This document shows positions 10,961 through 23,219 of a stretch of 64,000 nucleotides of DNA, in pieces; position 1 is the first letter of the stretch, and every line of letters starts with the position of its first letter. Below the pieces are notes generated by a model. That model saw only the letters and a program-made list of their open reading frames with translations. It did not search any database and was not told the DNA's origin. Both the position numbers and the translations under genes were made by a program. The DNA comes from Basidiobolus meristosporus CBS 931.73 (taxonomy: Eukaryota; Fungi; Basidiobolomycota). The stretch spans positions 21,420 to 85,419 of the forward strand of contig MCFE01000369.1 in NCBI GenBank assembly GCA_002104905.1, read 5' to 3'.

Positions 10961-11154
10961 CTGGTAGCAAACCTAAAGCTTCCCACGTGATGGTGGATCA
11001 GGAGCTTCCTCGATTCCTCTCCCAGAGTCCAGCCTGCTTAGACTACTACACAACTCATCCTTTTGTAGATCAGGAATGGCTTCCTCATTCCTGTGTTACC
11101 GGAGTTTTGTGAATACTGCAAGTGGCTGGAAGAACATGTGGATGATGCGGTTTC

Positions 11155-12064
11155 TGTTGTAAAAATTCGGAATTCCACCTAAATATTCACCTGACTTGGT
11201 CACTTGGATCATTACCTACAAATCTTAGAGAACATTGACCAAATTCCTTGTTGGGACTTACTTGGAATGTTTTCACCAAGATACCAGGTACCCAGGACAT
11301 GAATATCAGACAAGTGGTCCAAACAGTCCCACACTTTGTGCACATGTTCTTGGAACCTTCCTAAACCTATTCTACATATTTGTTATGCCAAGACATTGTA
11401 AAAGCACAAGTACTACTTTTACATTCCATAAATCATCAAGTGAAATCCACATGATCCACTTGTTTTCCTAATCACTTCCAATCTCTCCAGGACTCTTACA
11501 ACACAACAGCCAGCTAATTTCCGGAGTAAAAATTGATCCCCCAGCTAATTTGGAGCACTGTGAAGCTTGCATATATGGGAAACAAGCCAGTCAACCATTC
11601 AAGAGCTCTGGGTTAATCAATGCTATGAAGGAATCAGATCTGACTCACTCTGATCTGTGTGGACCTTTAGCAAAGTTTTTCCTTAGGCAGGATGAGGTAT
11701 TCAATCACTTTTATTGATGATTATACAAGATACAGGTGGGTCTACTGTGTGGAGAGAAAGGAAGAAAATCTGTCAAAGTTCAGGGAGTTTAAAGCCATGG
11801 TGGAGAGGGAAACTTGTGAAAAAATCATGAAAATTTGCTCTGACCATGGTTGTAAATATAGCCTCAAAACTCTTCATCTACTTCTGCAAAATTCATGGCA
11901 GAAAGCAAGAGACTACTGCTACCATGACTACCCACAGCAAAATGGAGTAGCAGTACATGCAAACAGATCAATAATCTATATGGCAAGATCTATTGATCCA
12001 TGGATCAAAAATTATCCTATGATTTTTGGGTGGAATCAGTTGCCACAGCTGTATACCTTAAAAG
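11155..12064 (+). mobile_element. Copia LTR (11155-11503) followed by a decayed GAG-pre-integrase/integrase fragment
   Basis: LTR is TGTTGTAA..TTACAACA, 349 bp, with no matching TSD. Downstream peptide YSITFIDDYTRYRWVYCVERKEENLSKFREFKAM..PQQNGVA..ANRSI. Confidence 0.85.
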
Positions 12065-12125
12065 TGTTGTAAGAGTCTTGGAGATATTGGAAGTGATTGG
12101 GAGGACAAGTAGATTATGTGTTTTT
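12065..12125 (-). repeat. 3' terminal 60 bp of a Copia LTR in reverse orientation, cut by the next element
   Basis: tgttgtaagagtcttggagatattggaagtgattgggaggacaagtagattatgtg is the reverse complement of the LTR end. Confidence 0.85.
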
Positions 12126-15100
12126 TGTTGTAAAAATTTGTATTTCCACCTAAATATTCACCTAACTTAGTCACTTAGATCATCACCTTCAAATCCTAGA
12201 GAATACTGACCAAATTCCTTGTTGGGAATTACTTAGAATATTTTCACCAAAATACCAGGTACCCAGAACATGAAAATTCTCAAAGTTGTCCAAACAGCCT
12301 CAAACTTTGCACACATGTTCTTGGGACCTTCCCTAGTCTATTCTACGTGTTTGTAATGCCAAGACCAGGTAAAAGTATAAATACTACTTTTACATTCAAT
12401 AAATCATTAAGTGAAAACCACATAATCTACTTGTCCTCCCAATCACTTCCAATATCTCCAAGACACTTACAACAGGTTATGAGCCCCAAGCTGTCACTCT
12501 CTGCAATTTGTACTACTGCTATTACTGGAATTTTTCCTTCTGCTGAAAAGTTGGATGGATCTAACTACCAAGTGTGGAAGGTGAAGATGAAGATGCTGCT
12601 ACAAGAAAGAGGCCTTTAGGATATTGTCATGGGAGAAGAATGCCCTCCTAAAAACGTGGGAGAGGAAGCCTTAAAATACCAGAAGAAAGAACAAACTGCC
12701 TTTAACTGCATTTGCCTTAATGTCAAGGACAAATTGCTAATTCAATGCTCAAGAGCAAAAACAGCAAAGAATGCCTGGAAGGCATTAGAAGACACCTACC
12801 AGTCATGTTCAGCTGCCAAGAAAATGTATCTGAGACAAAAACTCTTTACTACAAAGTTGCTGCCAGGAGAAGAAATGAAAAATCTAATTAACAGAATACC
12901 CTGCTGGTAGATGAGATGGAATCTGTGGGCGTACCAACTACTGATGAGGATGTGATAGTTACCATCCTTAATAGCCTGACAGACAAGCTTCAGGGCCTTG
13001 TATCAGCCCTAGAGTCCAGAACTGAAGATTTGACCTTAAATTACGTATATGGAAGGCTCCTGGATGAAGAATTAAGAAAATCAAGCGCCAATAAGAAGGA
13101 AGAAGAAAATGCTTTAATAAGCAATGATAACCAACAAAAGAGGTACCCAAGACCCTACAAAGGCAACAACAACCTATTTTGCAACTACTGCAAAAGGAAA
13201 GGACACACATCAGACCGGTGTCTCAAAATGAGAGATTATCAGCAAATGAAGCCTGAATATGGAAATGCTGCAACAACTAAAGATAGACTATTCATATCTG
13301 CACTAAATATGACCACAAGCAAGGATTCTCAGATGTGGTATATTGACTCTGGAGCTTCTCAACACTTTACACACCAAAAAGAACTTTTACCCAATATCTA
13401 GAAATTCCAATTAAGAAGGTTTTCATGGGTGACAATAGAACACTTGATGCAGTGGGAGAAGGAACTATCCAAGTAAACCTTAGAAGCAGTGAAGGAAGCC
13501 ATACACTGATCTTTAAAGAAGTACTCTATGTACCAGAAATAGCCAAGAACCTACTCTCTGTAAGCAAGGCCACAGCAGAAGGACTCAGTTTCAGTTTTGA
13601 CAATTCTGGATGCAGGATCACTGATCAAAATAGTGCCCATATTGCTTTGGGCATCAGAGACCAGAATCTATACAAGTTAACTTATATTCCATCATATTTG
13701 GAAGCCAATATAAGTAACTTAAATGAAGAAACACCAATGCTTTGGCACAGGAGATTTGGACACATCAATTTTGATTATATGCGTAAAATGATCAAATATC
13801 AGCTAATTTCTGGAGTGAAAATTGATCCCCCAGCTAATTTGGAGCACTGTGAAGCCTGCATATATGGGAAACAAGCCAGACAACCGTCCAAGAGCTCTGG
13901 GTTAATCAAAACTAAGAAAAAATTAGATCTAATTCACTCAGATCTGTGTGGACCTATGCAAAATTTATCCTTAGGCGGGATGAAGTATTTAATCACTTTT
14001 ATTGATGATTATACAAGATACACATGGGTCTACTTCATGGAGAGAAAGGAAGAAGCTCTGTCTAAGTTCAGGGAGTTTAACGCCATGGTGGAGAGAGAAA
14101 CTGGTGAAAAAATCAAGAAAATACGCTCTGACAATGGTGGAGAATATACCTCCAAACTCTTCATCCACTTCTGCAAAATTCATGGGATAAAGCAAGAGAC
14201 TACTGTACCATACTCCCCACAGCAAAATGGAGTATCAGAACGAGCTAACAGATCAATAATTGATATGGCAAGATCTATGATCCATGATCAAAAATTATCC
14301 TATGATTTTTGGGTGGAATCAGTTGCCACTGCTGTATATCTTAAAAATAGGAGTTATAACAGAATACTTTGTGATTCTACTCCATTTGAAGCATGGTATG
14401 GATACAGACCAAGTGCAGAACATCTAAGAATATTTGGGTGTACAGCATAGGCCAAAAAACTGGTTGGAAATCAGTCAAAATTTGAGCCAAAAAGTGTAAA
14501 ATGCATATTTTTGGGCTACTGCAATGAGAGTAAGGCATACAGACTCTACAATACCAAAGCAAAGAAGCTGATCAAGTCCAGGTATGTGTTGGTTGATGGA
14601 AATTCAAAATTTTCACAAAAATGACATCAGATGATGACAAAAATTTGATCTCAAGTCCACCAATTGTCAGGATTGAATCAGAGCAAAACAATGAAAATTT
14701 TTTCACTCCAGAGGACTCTACAACCGTGGTTCAGCCAGAATCAGTGCCAGGAATATCCCAGAAGTGATCATTCCAGTATCAAATGCCCGGAGATCCAATC
14801 AGACAAGAAATAGCCCAAATTACTATATCAATGAGGGTACAAACTTAGCCTATGCCTATTCAGTCCATATTGATGAGCCCCAGACTGTAAAAGAGGCCCT
14901 AAATAGCCCTCAGACAAAGCTTTGGAGCTCTGCAATGACTGAGGAATATCAGGCCCTGATGGAAAATCAAACTTGGGACTTAGTCAAATTACCAATCAAC
15001 CAAAAATCAATTGGATGCAGATGGGTCTTCAAGACAAAATACAAGGCTGATGGCACAAATGAAAGATACAAAGAAAGACTTGTAGCCAAAGGATACTCTC

Positions 15101-16805
15101 AAACAAAAGGACTTCACTATACTGAGACCTTTGCACCGGTAGCCAAGTTTAATTCCATCAGATTAATATTGGCTATTGCAGCCAAATATAAGTTTTTTAT
15201 TCATCAAATGGATGTAAAAACTGCATTTTTGAGTGGAGAACTTGATGAGGATGTGTATATGGACCAGCCTGATGGGTTTGTTGACCAAGATAACCCCCAT
15301 TTGGTCTGCAAGCTTAAAAAGTCACTATATGGTCTCAAACAATCACCAAGAGCCTGGAATTGCAAGATAGATTCTTATTTGGAATCTTTGAGTTTCAAAA
15401 GGAGTAATGCTGACTATAGTATATACTATAAGCCAGATAGAGCAAATCCAGTTCTATTAGCTCTACATGTGGATGATCTTATTATAGCCACCAATAACCT
15501 AGAAACATTGGAAGAGACTAAATCCAGCCTATCTAAGGAGTTCAAGATGTCCAATCTAGGAGAACTTAGTTACTACTTAGGGATTAAGTTCTCCATAGAC
15601 AGAAGTACCCAGACTATTACCCTAAGCCAATCCAAGTATATTCAAGATATACTAAAGAAGTACAAAATGGAAGACTGTAAACCGGCAGCTACCCCAATGG
15701 AGACAAACCTTAACTTGGTCAAAACTCAACCAAATCAAGAGAGCTTGGTGCCATCTGAAAGCCCTGACTTTCTGTATCAATCTATGGTTGGCGGTCTGAT
15801 GTATATCATGCTTGGAGCATGTCCAGATATCTCATATTCAGTGGGAGTTGTCAGCCAACATAATCAGAACTATGGATCTGATCATATTGCAGCAGTTAAG
15901 CGGATTTTTAGATACCTAAAAGGAACTGCTGATATCTGCTTAAGATACACTCATAAGGATTCAGAACAGGACCTTGTGGGATACTCTGATGCTGATTGGG
16001 GACGAAATTTGGAAGACAGAAGATCCACCACAGGATACACCTTTCTTTACTGTAAAGGAGCAATTTCATGGAATTCAAGAAAGCAACCAACCGTAGCACT
16101 TTCTACTACAGAGGCAGAGTATATGGCAGCCTGTGAAGCTACAAAAGAAGCAATGTGGTTAAGAAAGCTCCTTACAGATTTAGGCCTATGTCAAAAACAC
16201 CTATTACTTTATTTCAATATAAACAAGGATGTATACAATTAGGTAGAAATCCAACTTTTCATGCTAGAACCAAGCACATAGATATTAGACATCATTTCAT
16301 ACGTGAAGCTATAGAGAATAACTTGGTTAGCTTAGTTTACTGTCCTACAGATGAAATGATTGCAGACACATTTACTAAACCATTAGCTAGAGACAAGTTT
16401 GAATATCTTAGGTCAAAATTAGGACTAGCCAGTATGAACATTTAGCTGAGTGGGAGTGTTGTCAAAATTTGTATTTCCACCTAAATATTCACCTAACTTA
16501 GTCACTTAGATCATCACCTTCAAATCCTAGAGAATACTGACCAAATTCCTTGTTGGGAATTACTTAGAATATTTTCACCAAAATGCCAGGTACCCAGAAC
16601 ATGAAAATTCTCAAAGTTGTCCAAACAGCCCCAAACTTTGCACACATGTTCTTGGGACCTTCCTTAGTCTATTCTACGTGTTTGTAATGCCAAGACCAGG
16701 TAAAAGTATAAATACTACTTTTACATTCAATAAATCATTAAGTGAAAACCACACAATCTACTTGTTCTCCAAATCACTTCCAATATCTCCAAGACTCTTA
16801 CAACA
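12126..16805 (+). mobile_element. Full-length Ty1/Copia LTR retrotransposon, ORF disrupted
   Basis: 5' LTR 12126-12474 and 3' LTR 16457-16805, with about 8 differences by eye. PBS GGTTATGAGCCC at 12475; PPT (gctgagtgggag) before 16457. Order gag (CNYCKRKGHTSDRC), PR (WYIDSGAS), IN (HSDLCGP, SDNGGEY, PQQNG), RT (QMDVKTAF), RH (YSDADW). Stops or frameshifts near 12617, 12900, 13399, 14448 and 16200. Flanks show no TSD. Confidence 0.97.
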
Positions 16806-17621
16806 CATATATGGGAAACAAGCCAGTCAACCATTCAAGAGCTCTGGGTTAATCAATGCTAAGAAGGAATCAGATCTAACTCACTCTGATCTGTGTAGAC
16901 CTAAACAAGATTTTTCCTTAGGCAGGATGAGGTATTTAGTCACTTTTATTGGTGATTATACAAGATACAGGTGGGTCTACTGCGTGGAGAGAAAGGAAGA
17001 AAATCTGTCAAAGTTCAGGGAGTTTAAAGCCATGGTGAAGAGGGAAACTGGTGAAAAATTCATGAAAATTTGCTCTGACCATGGTTGTAAATATGCCTCA
17101 AAACTCTTCATCTACTTCTGCAAAATTCATGGGAGAAAGCAAGTGACTACTCTACTGTGCTACCCACAGCAAAATGGAGTAGCCAAACATGCAAACAGAT
17201 CAATAATCTATATGGCAAGATCTATGATCCATGATAAAAAATTATCCTATGATTTTTGCATGGAATCAGTTGCCACAGCTCACAGGATACTCTGTGATTC
17301 TACCCCATTTGAGGCATGGCATGGATACTGACCCAGTACAGTGCATCTAAGAATAGCTGGGTGTACAGCATATGCCAAGAAACTGCACAGAAATTCAGGC
17401 AAAATTTCAGCCAAAAAGTGTGTATTGCATATTTTTGGGCTACTGCAATGAGTGTAAAGCATACAGACTCTACAATACCAAAGCAAAGAAGCAGACCAAG
17501 TCCAGGAATGTGTTGTTTGATGAAAATGCAAAATTTTCACAAAAAATGACATCAGATGATGACAAAAATCTGATCTCAAGTCCACCAACAGTCAGCATTG
17601 AATTGGAGCAAAAGAAGGCAA
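16806..17621 (+). mobile_element. Decayed Copia integrase fragment
   Basis: LVTFIGDYTRYRWVY..PQQNGVA..ANRSI..TPFEAWHG; near-duplicate of 11570-12060. Confidence 0.85.
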
Positions 17622-19741
17622 CCCTATGAAAAGTGATTTGGTCCTGCTGGTGGATTCAATCCAGATCAGCTGTCAAGTTCCTGTCAAGAACCACAATAAT
17701 ACCAGCAGCTTGGAATAAATGACCATCTACACAATCTTTTGACAGGATCACAACAGCATTTGGCTAATTTTACAGCCTAATAAAGTTAAAGACATAATGG
17801 TGTTTGTATGGTGTTTTGCCAAGGGTGGCATGGCATTGTAGTGGTCTTATTGCTCCCTACCAGTATTTGAGTGGATCTGACTGGCCAGTACATCCAATTG
17901 CCTTTAATGGCAAAATACTTGACAGTGGTTTGATGGCCTCATTGCAAGCCTCTGATGCCATCATCATGACAGTATGATGGCCTACAGCTAGTTCTGTATA
18001 ATGCTACCATATCAGTTGCCCAAATGGTATTTCTGTTTTCTACCTGCCCTTGCACAATTCATATATTCCACTGTAGAATCACCCCTTTTTATTTGCTTAC
18101 CCACTACTACCTTGGGTATTCCACATATAGTTTGGATCAAAAAATACTATGGCCTCCTGCTTACTAACCTCTACAAATGTGCCCACCTGCTGTGATTGAC
18201 ATACTTCTATCACCTCAGCTTTGTGGCTTTTTAGTGTGATACTTGCAAAGTTCCCATATACCTTGTATTGCTGATAGCATCTACTTCTTGCAAACATATG
18301 CTTGGTTGCTGCCACTTCTGCCATGAATACCTCCTGAATATCCACAAAGAACTTTTTGGTATTTAGCCAGTATATTCCCACTCCCTGCTGGATTCTAGTC
18401 CCCCTTATAGGTGCACCCTGGCTCTTATTTGCGTGAGATCTATATTGAATGGTGTAGAAATTGGCTTGTGAACAAGAGAAATCCAGCATACCTTGGTAGA
18501 GTTTTCCTAATAAAAATTAGTTGCTTGTTGCACCCAACCAAACCCTGCATTACTTGACTGATTACCCACGCATTGGGGCTGCTTAGCTTCTTAATGCCAT
18601 AGGCATAGGTGTCTCCATGTGCACATCTGTCCTCAGTATTTTCCAACTCTTCCTTGCTGTCCTCCACACACCAACTCATCACATCCATGACAGACTTGAA
18701 GGTAATATTCTTGATGAGGTTGGGATATGATAGTACCTGTAACTTGACTTGTCTTCCTATCTCCCCACACATCTGCTCCATAGGAAACTCCCAAATGGTG
18801 AAGCAAGGTCCAATATTCTCAACACACCAAGCAGGATGGAGTAGCAAATGGATACAGTAGCAGCAGCAATCTACGCATTCAGCTTTATGTTTGTAGTGTA
18901 GCCACTCAAATCCTGTCACAAACTCTTTGCACAAAAGCTGTAGATGCGTCAAGTTGGCATTGGTGATCCACTTCTGGATAATTACTCCTACAATGTACAC
19001 ATACAACTCCCAATGCTTCCAATATACTCTGGTGGAAATGGCTTCAGAAAGTCACTTGGATAACTACATATCCAGTTCATCCAGTACTTGAACTTGTATT
19101 GTTGCATATGCATATGAATGCTGATTGGAGCCTGTGAGAAGTACTTAGGGTAGCGGATACTCTGTAATATCTTGCCAATTCTTTCAAATTTCTCTTGTAT
19201 CTCAAAGGGCTAACTTAGCTTGAAATGCCCCATGTACAACTTGGTCATCAGTAAAGGGATATTGTAAAGAAGAAAATGCATTGCTCCCAGTGGAAAGCTT
19301 TTGCTCCAACAGATACCCTCTACCTTAGGTATCTTTGGTTTCCAATTAATTCCATAGTCTGGCTGATGGTTTATAGCTTGCCAACTTTGCCACAATTGCA
19401 TGCTGACTTTTGTACATTTTCTCTGCAGAAAGATGATGTTCTTAGTGTTGGTGTTTGGGTAATTATAATGTGTGCAAGTTGTGGAGTAAGTCCTCTGGAA
19501 CTCACACATTTGACAGCAATACCATCCATTGTGCCTAAGAAAGCTGGCTATCTTGATGATAGCTGGGGTATCCCTAACACAGATGATAATATGTGCTCTG
19601 ACATGACAGCCACTAACTGTTATTCTGCTGGAAAGCATACAAAATTCATGCGGCAACTGATTCAGGTAGCTGTACAGGTTAGACGGTGATTTAGACCCAG
19701 ATACCAGTGAGACAACCATCAGAGTTCTGCTCTGATACCAT
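17622..19741 (-). mobile_element. CACTA/CMC-EnSpm DNA transposon: right TIR plus decayed Tnp2 (Transposase_21) transposase
   Basis: TIR CCCTATGAAAAGTGATTTGG at 17622. Minus-strand peptides VSGSKSPSNLYSYL..VRAHIIICVRDTPAIIKIASFLRHNGWYCCQMC, SFPLGAMHFLLYNI and IHLLLHPAWCVENIGPCFTIWEFPMEQMCGEIG (the H..H...I...GP....W.F..ER motif of CACTA transposases). Confidence 0.85.
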
Positions 19742-21205
19742 CCCTATGAAAAATAATTTGGTCCTGTGGGTGGATCCAATCTGCATCAGCTGTCAGGATC
19801 CCATTGAGAGACCCTCGTAATACCAGCAGCTTGGAGTTAGTGACCCTCCTAATGATCTTATAACAGGATCTTGACGGTGTTTTGCTAATTTTACAACCAA
19901 TTAAAGGGAAAAAACTTGACAATATTTTATTGGTGCTGTGACAATATTTGCATGATACTGTTGTGGTCTTTTAGAGGTCTATAACTATTTTAAGTGGATC
20001 CAGTTGGCCAGGACATCCAATTGCCTTATATGGCAAGAAACTTGATGGTATTTTGATGGCCTCACAGAAAGACTCTAATGTCATTATATTGGCAGTATGA
20101 TGGCCTACCGCGGGTTCTGTACAACGCTACCTTACCAATTTACCAAATGGTATTTCTCTTTTCTACCTCCCCTTGTGTAACTCATATATTTCACTGTAGA
20201 ATCACCTCTCTTTATTTGCTTACCCACTACTACCTTGGGTATTCCACATATAGTTCAAATCAAAAAAACTATGGCCTCCTGCTTACTAACCTCTACAAAT
20301 GCACACACCTGCTGCAATTAACATACTTCTATCACCTCAACTTTATGGCTTTTTAGTGCAATACTTGCAAAGTTGCCATTTACCTTGTCCTGCTGGTAAC
20401 ATATACATCTTGCAAACATATGCTTGGTTGTCACCACTTCTGCCATGAATACATCCTGAATATCCACAAAGAACTTCTTGATATTTAGCCAATATATTCC
20501 TTCTCCCTGCTTGATTCTAGTCCCCCATATAGATGTTCTCTGGCTTTTGTTTGTGTGAATTCTGTATTGAATGGTGTAGAGGTAGGCTTGTGACCATGAG
20601 AAATCTGGCATATCTTGGTAGAGTTTTCCTGATAAAAATTAGTTGCTTGTTGCACCCAACCCAACCTTGGATTACTTAACTAATTACCCAAGCATTGGGG
20701 CTGCTTAGCTTCTAAATGCCATAGGCATACATATCTCCATGTGCACATTTGTCCTCAGTATTTGCCTGTCCTCCATGTGCCAACTCATCTCATCCATGGT
20801 GGACTTGAAGGTAATATTCTTGATGTGGTTGGGATATAGTAGTACCTGCAACTTGACTTGTCTTCCTATCTCCCCACACATCTGTCCCATAGGAAGCTCC
20901 CAAAAGGTGAAGCAAGGCCCAATACTCTCCACACACAATGCAAGATGGAGTAGAGAATGGATACAGTAGCGGCAGAGATCCACACATTCAGCTTTATTTT
21001 TTTAGTATTGCCGCTCAAATCCTGTCACAAACTCCTCACACAACAGCTGTAAATGCGTCAAGTTGGCATTGGTGATCTGCTTCTGGACAAATATTCCTAC
21101 AATGTCCACATATGACTCCCAATGCTTCCAATGTACTCTTGGTAGGAATGGCTTCAGAACATCACTTGAATAAATACTAATCCAGCACAATAATTTTTCA
21201 TAGGG
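19742..21205 (-). mobile_element. Internally deleted CACTA derivative with both TIRs (1464 bp)
   Basis: CCCTATGAAAAATAATT at 19742 and AATAATTTTTCATAGGG ending 21205. Retains only the 3' half of the transposase (HSLLHLALCVESIGPCFTFWELPM). Flanks do not form a TSD. Confidence 0.8.
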
Positions 21206-23219
21206 AGCTGTTTTCTTGTTGGTAATTCTTCTTGGCTACAATGAGATTCAGACTGTTCCAGGCTTATACGTTAATTAGCAAGAATTGCAGCTCTTTTGCA
21301 TGCTTCCCTGTCTCTGTCTTGTGTAAGCTTTTTTCCCTTTACCTTTTTCTTTAACAATGCCAGGTCATTCACTGCAACTTTGTCAGTGTGCTTCTTGTAT
21401 TGGACTACACTTTGTCCTTGATAAATGCTGCTCTAATGCATCTATTTTGGCCTGCTTGTCCCTTGCTGGCACTCTAAAGGCAACCTGACACTTCTTTTCT
21501 GCTTGTTTCACGCTCTCTGCCCATGCTGTGATGGGCTCCTGAGGCAGCCACTTGCTTTTGTCACTGCCAGGTCCTTCACTACTACTTTAACCAAGTGCTT
21601 CTTGAGTGGAACTATGCCTTTTCTTTGGTAAATGTTGTACTTGAGCATTTGTGTTGGCCTGCTTTCCCTGATTGGCACTCTTCTATCTACCTGATGTCTC
21701 TTTGATGCTTGTATGGAGCTCTTGGCCCTGCTTGTAACCAGCTCTTGAGGAAGCCATTGGCTTTTAGCCATTGAACTCTTGTACTTCTGCCTTTGATAGT
21801 TTCTGTAATTCTTGAGATACCTTGTTAGCATACCAATGCTGGTCCAAAATCTGTTTGCTTGTTTGAATGCAGGATAATACTCATTGAGCAAGTCAAGCGT
21901 ATTCTGCTTGGCCTTGCATTCCTGGTGGTCCCATGGTATACCACCCTTAAGGTGTTAGTGAGCTAGACTTCTAACAGCCTCTTGGATATTAGCCCACTGT
22001 CCATCATTGCACTCAACAGCTTCATAGATCTGCAATATCATTTGATTTTTAGGCTTTGGTATAAATACTACATTTTCTCCCTCCCATTTTGCAACAGGTT
22101 CATCTGTGAGCTTTATCTTTGGGCACTGTTGTTGTGCTTCAATACTGTATGATGTTCCTCAGCTGTTACACTGGGAAATGGCTTAATTTGCAGCTGTGAC
22201 ATTAAGCTACTCAAGTTACTACTTTGCAGCAATGATACTGCCTTCTCTACCTGGGATATTGATTGCTTGGCACCATATATCTGCTTATCCTGCTTCTGTA
22301 TTATCTCTTGATTTCTCTTGGCCATTGCATCTATCCTATCAGCCACTGAACCTAGTTGCCTTATTAATACTTTTGTATGAGCTGACAACATACTTGCTAA
22401 TACAGGTGGTGATGATGTATTGATAGCCACTTGCTAGTCTTCAACTGAAGGTACTACTTTTGCTACATTCTGATATGCCTCAGCATTATAGTTAGCTTGC
22501 AGCGCTGCAGAGATTCCCCATTGCCTGCATGACTGAGAGTCTATGGAGTCTGCATTATTCTCTTCAGTGGGCACACTGTCCACAGAGCCTTTTTTGGTTG
22601 TAGCCCTGCTTGTTGCACCAAGTGTCAAAGTAAGCTGTTGTCCAACTGTTCTTCTGCTGCTGTCAGTGGTGGTGTTTGGTTGTGAATCAGACAACTTGAC
22701 ATTGTTTTTTGGCAGCATATATATGGAAGTTGGTCAAGCAAAGGGAAAAGATGTTAAATACACATGTGAATGTGGTACAATATCTTTATTTATAATGCTT
22801 ATTATGGGGAGCACCATGAATCTTACACTCATGTAGATGATATGTCTCAAATACAGTATTGTGATAAACTTGCATGAGTATTGACAAAAAAGTGATGTAA
22901 TCAAGTTATATTGTTGACTGTCAAATTGTTGGCCTCATGGACAAGACTACTTTAATACAACACTGCAAGAGAAGAGAACAAAGACCATGTGGCTATTGTA
23001 GCTAGCCTCTCAGCCATGAATCATGCAAACATCATAGGAAGTATTACAAGGATTATGGCCAGTGTTTTGCCACACAAGTCATATTTGACTATTCACCAGT
23101 CACTACTCCACCATCAATATCTTGTCAGCCACTTGATACTTCTATAATAGTACCGTGCTGTACTTGTCACCTTGCGCAAATGGAGTCAGGTGAGTTTATG
23201 ATGGCTTTAGGCTTATCCC
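21206..23219 (+). mobile_element. Internal segment of the CACTA element (decayed antisense ORF2 region and transposase upstream region)
   Basis: Colinear with 34877-36490 and, in reverse, with 40860-41190. Minus-strand ORF remnants include MLNEYYPAFKQANRFWTSIGML and SPPVLASMLSAHTKVLIRQLGSVADRIDAM. Confidence 0.75.
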
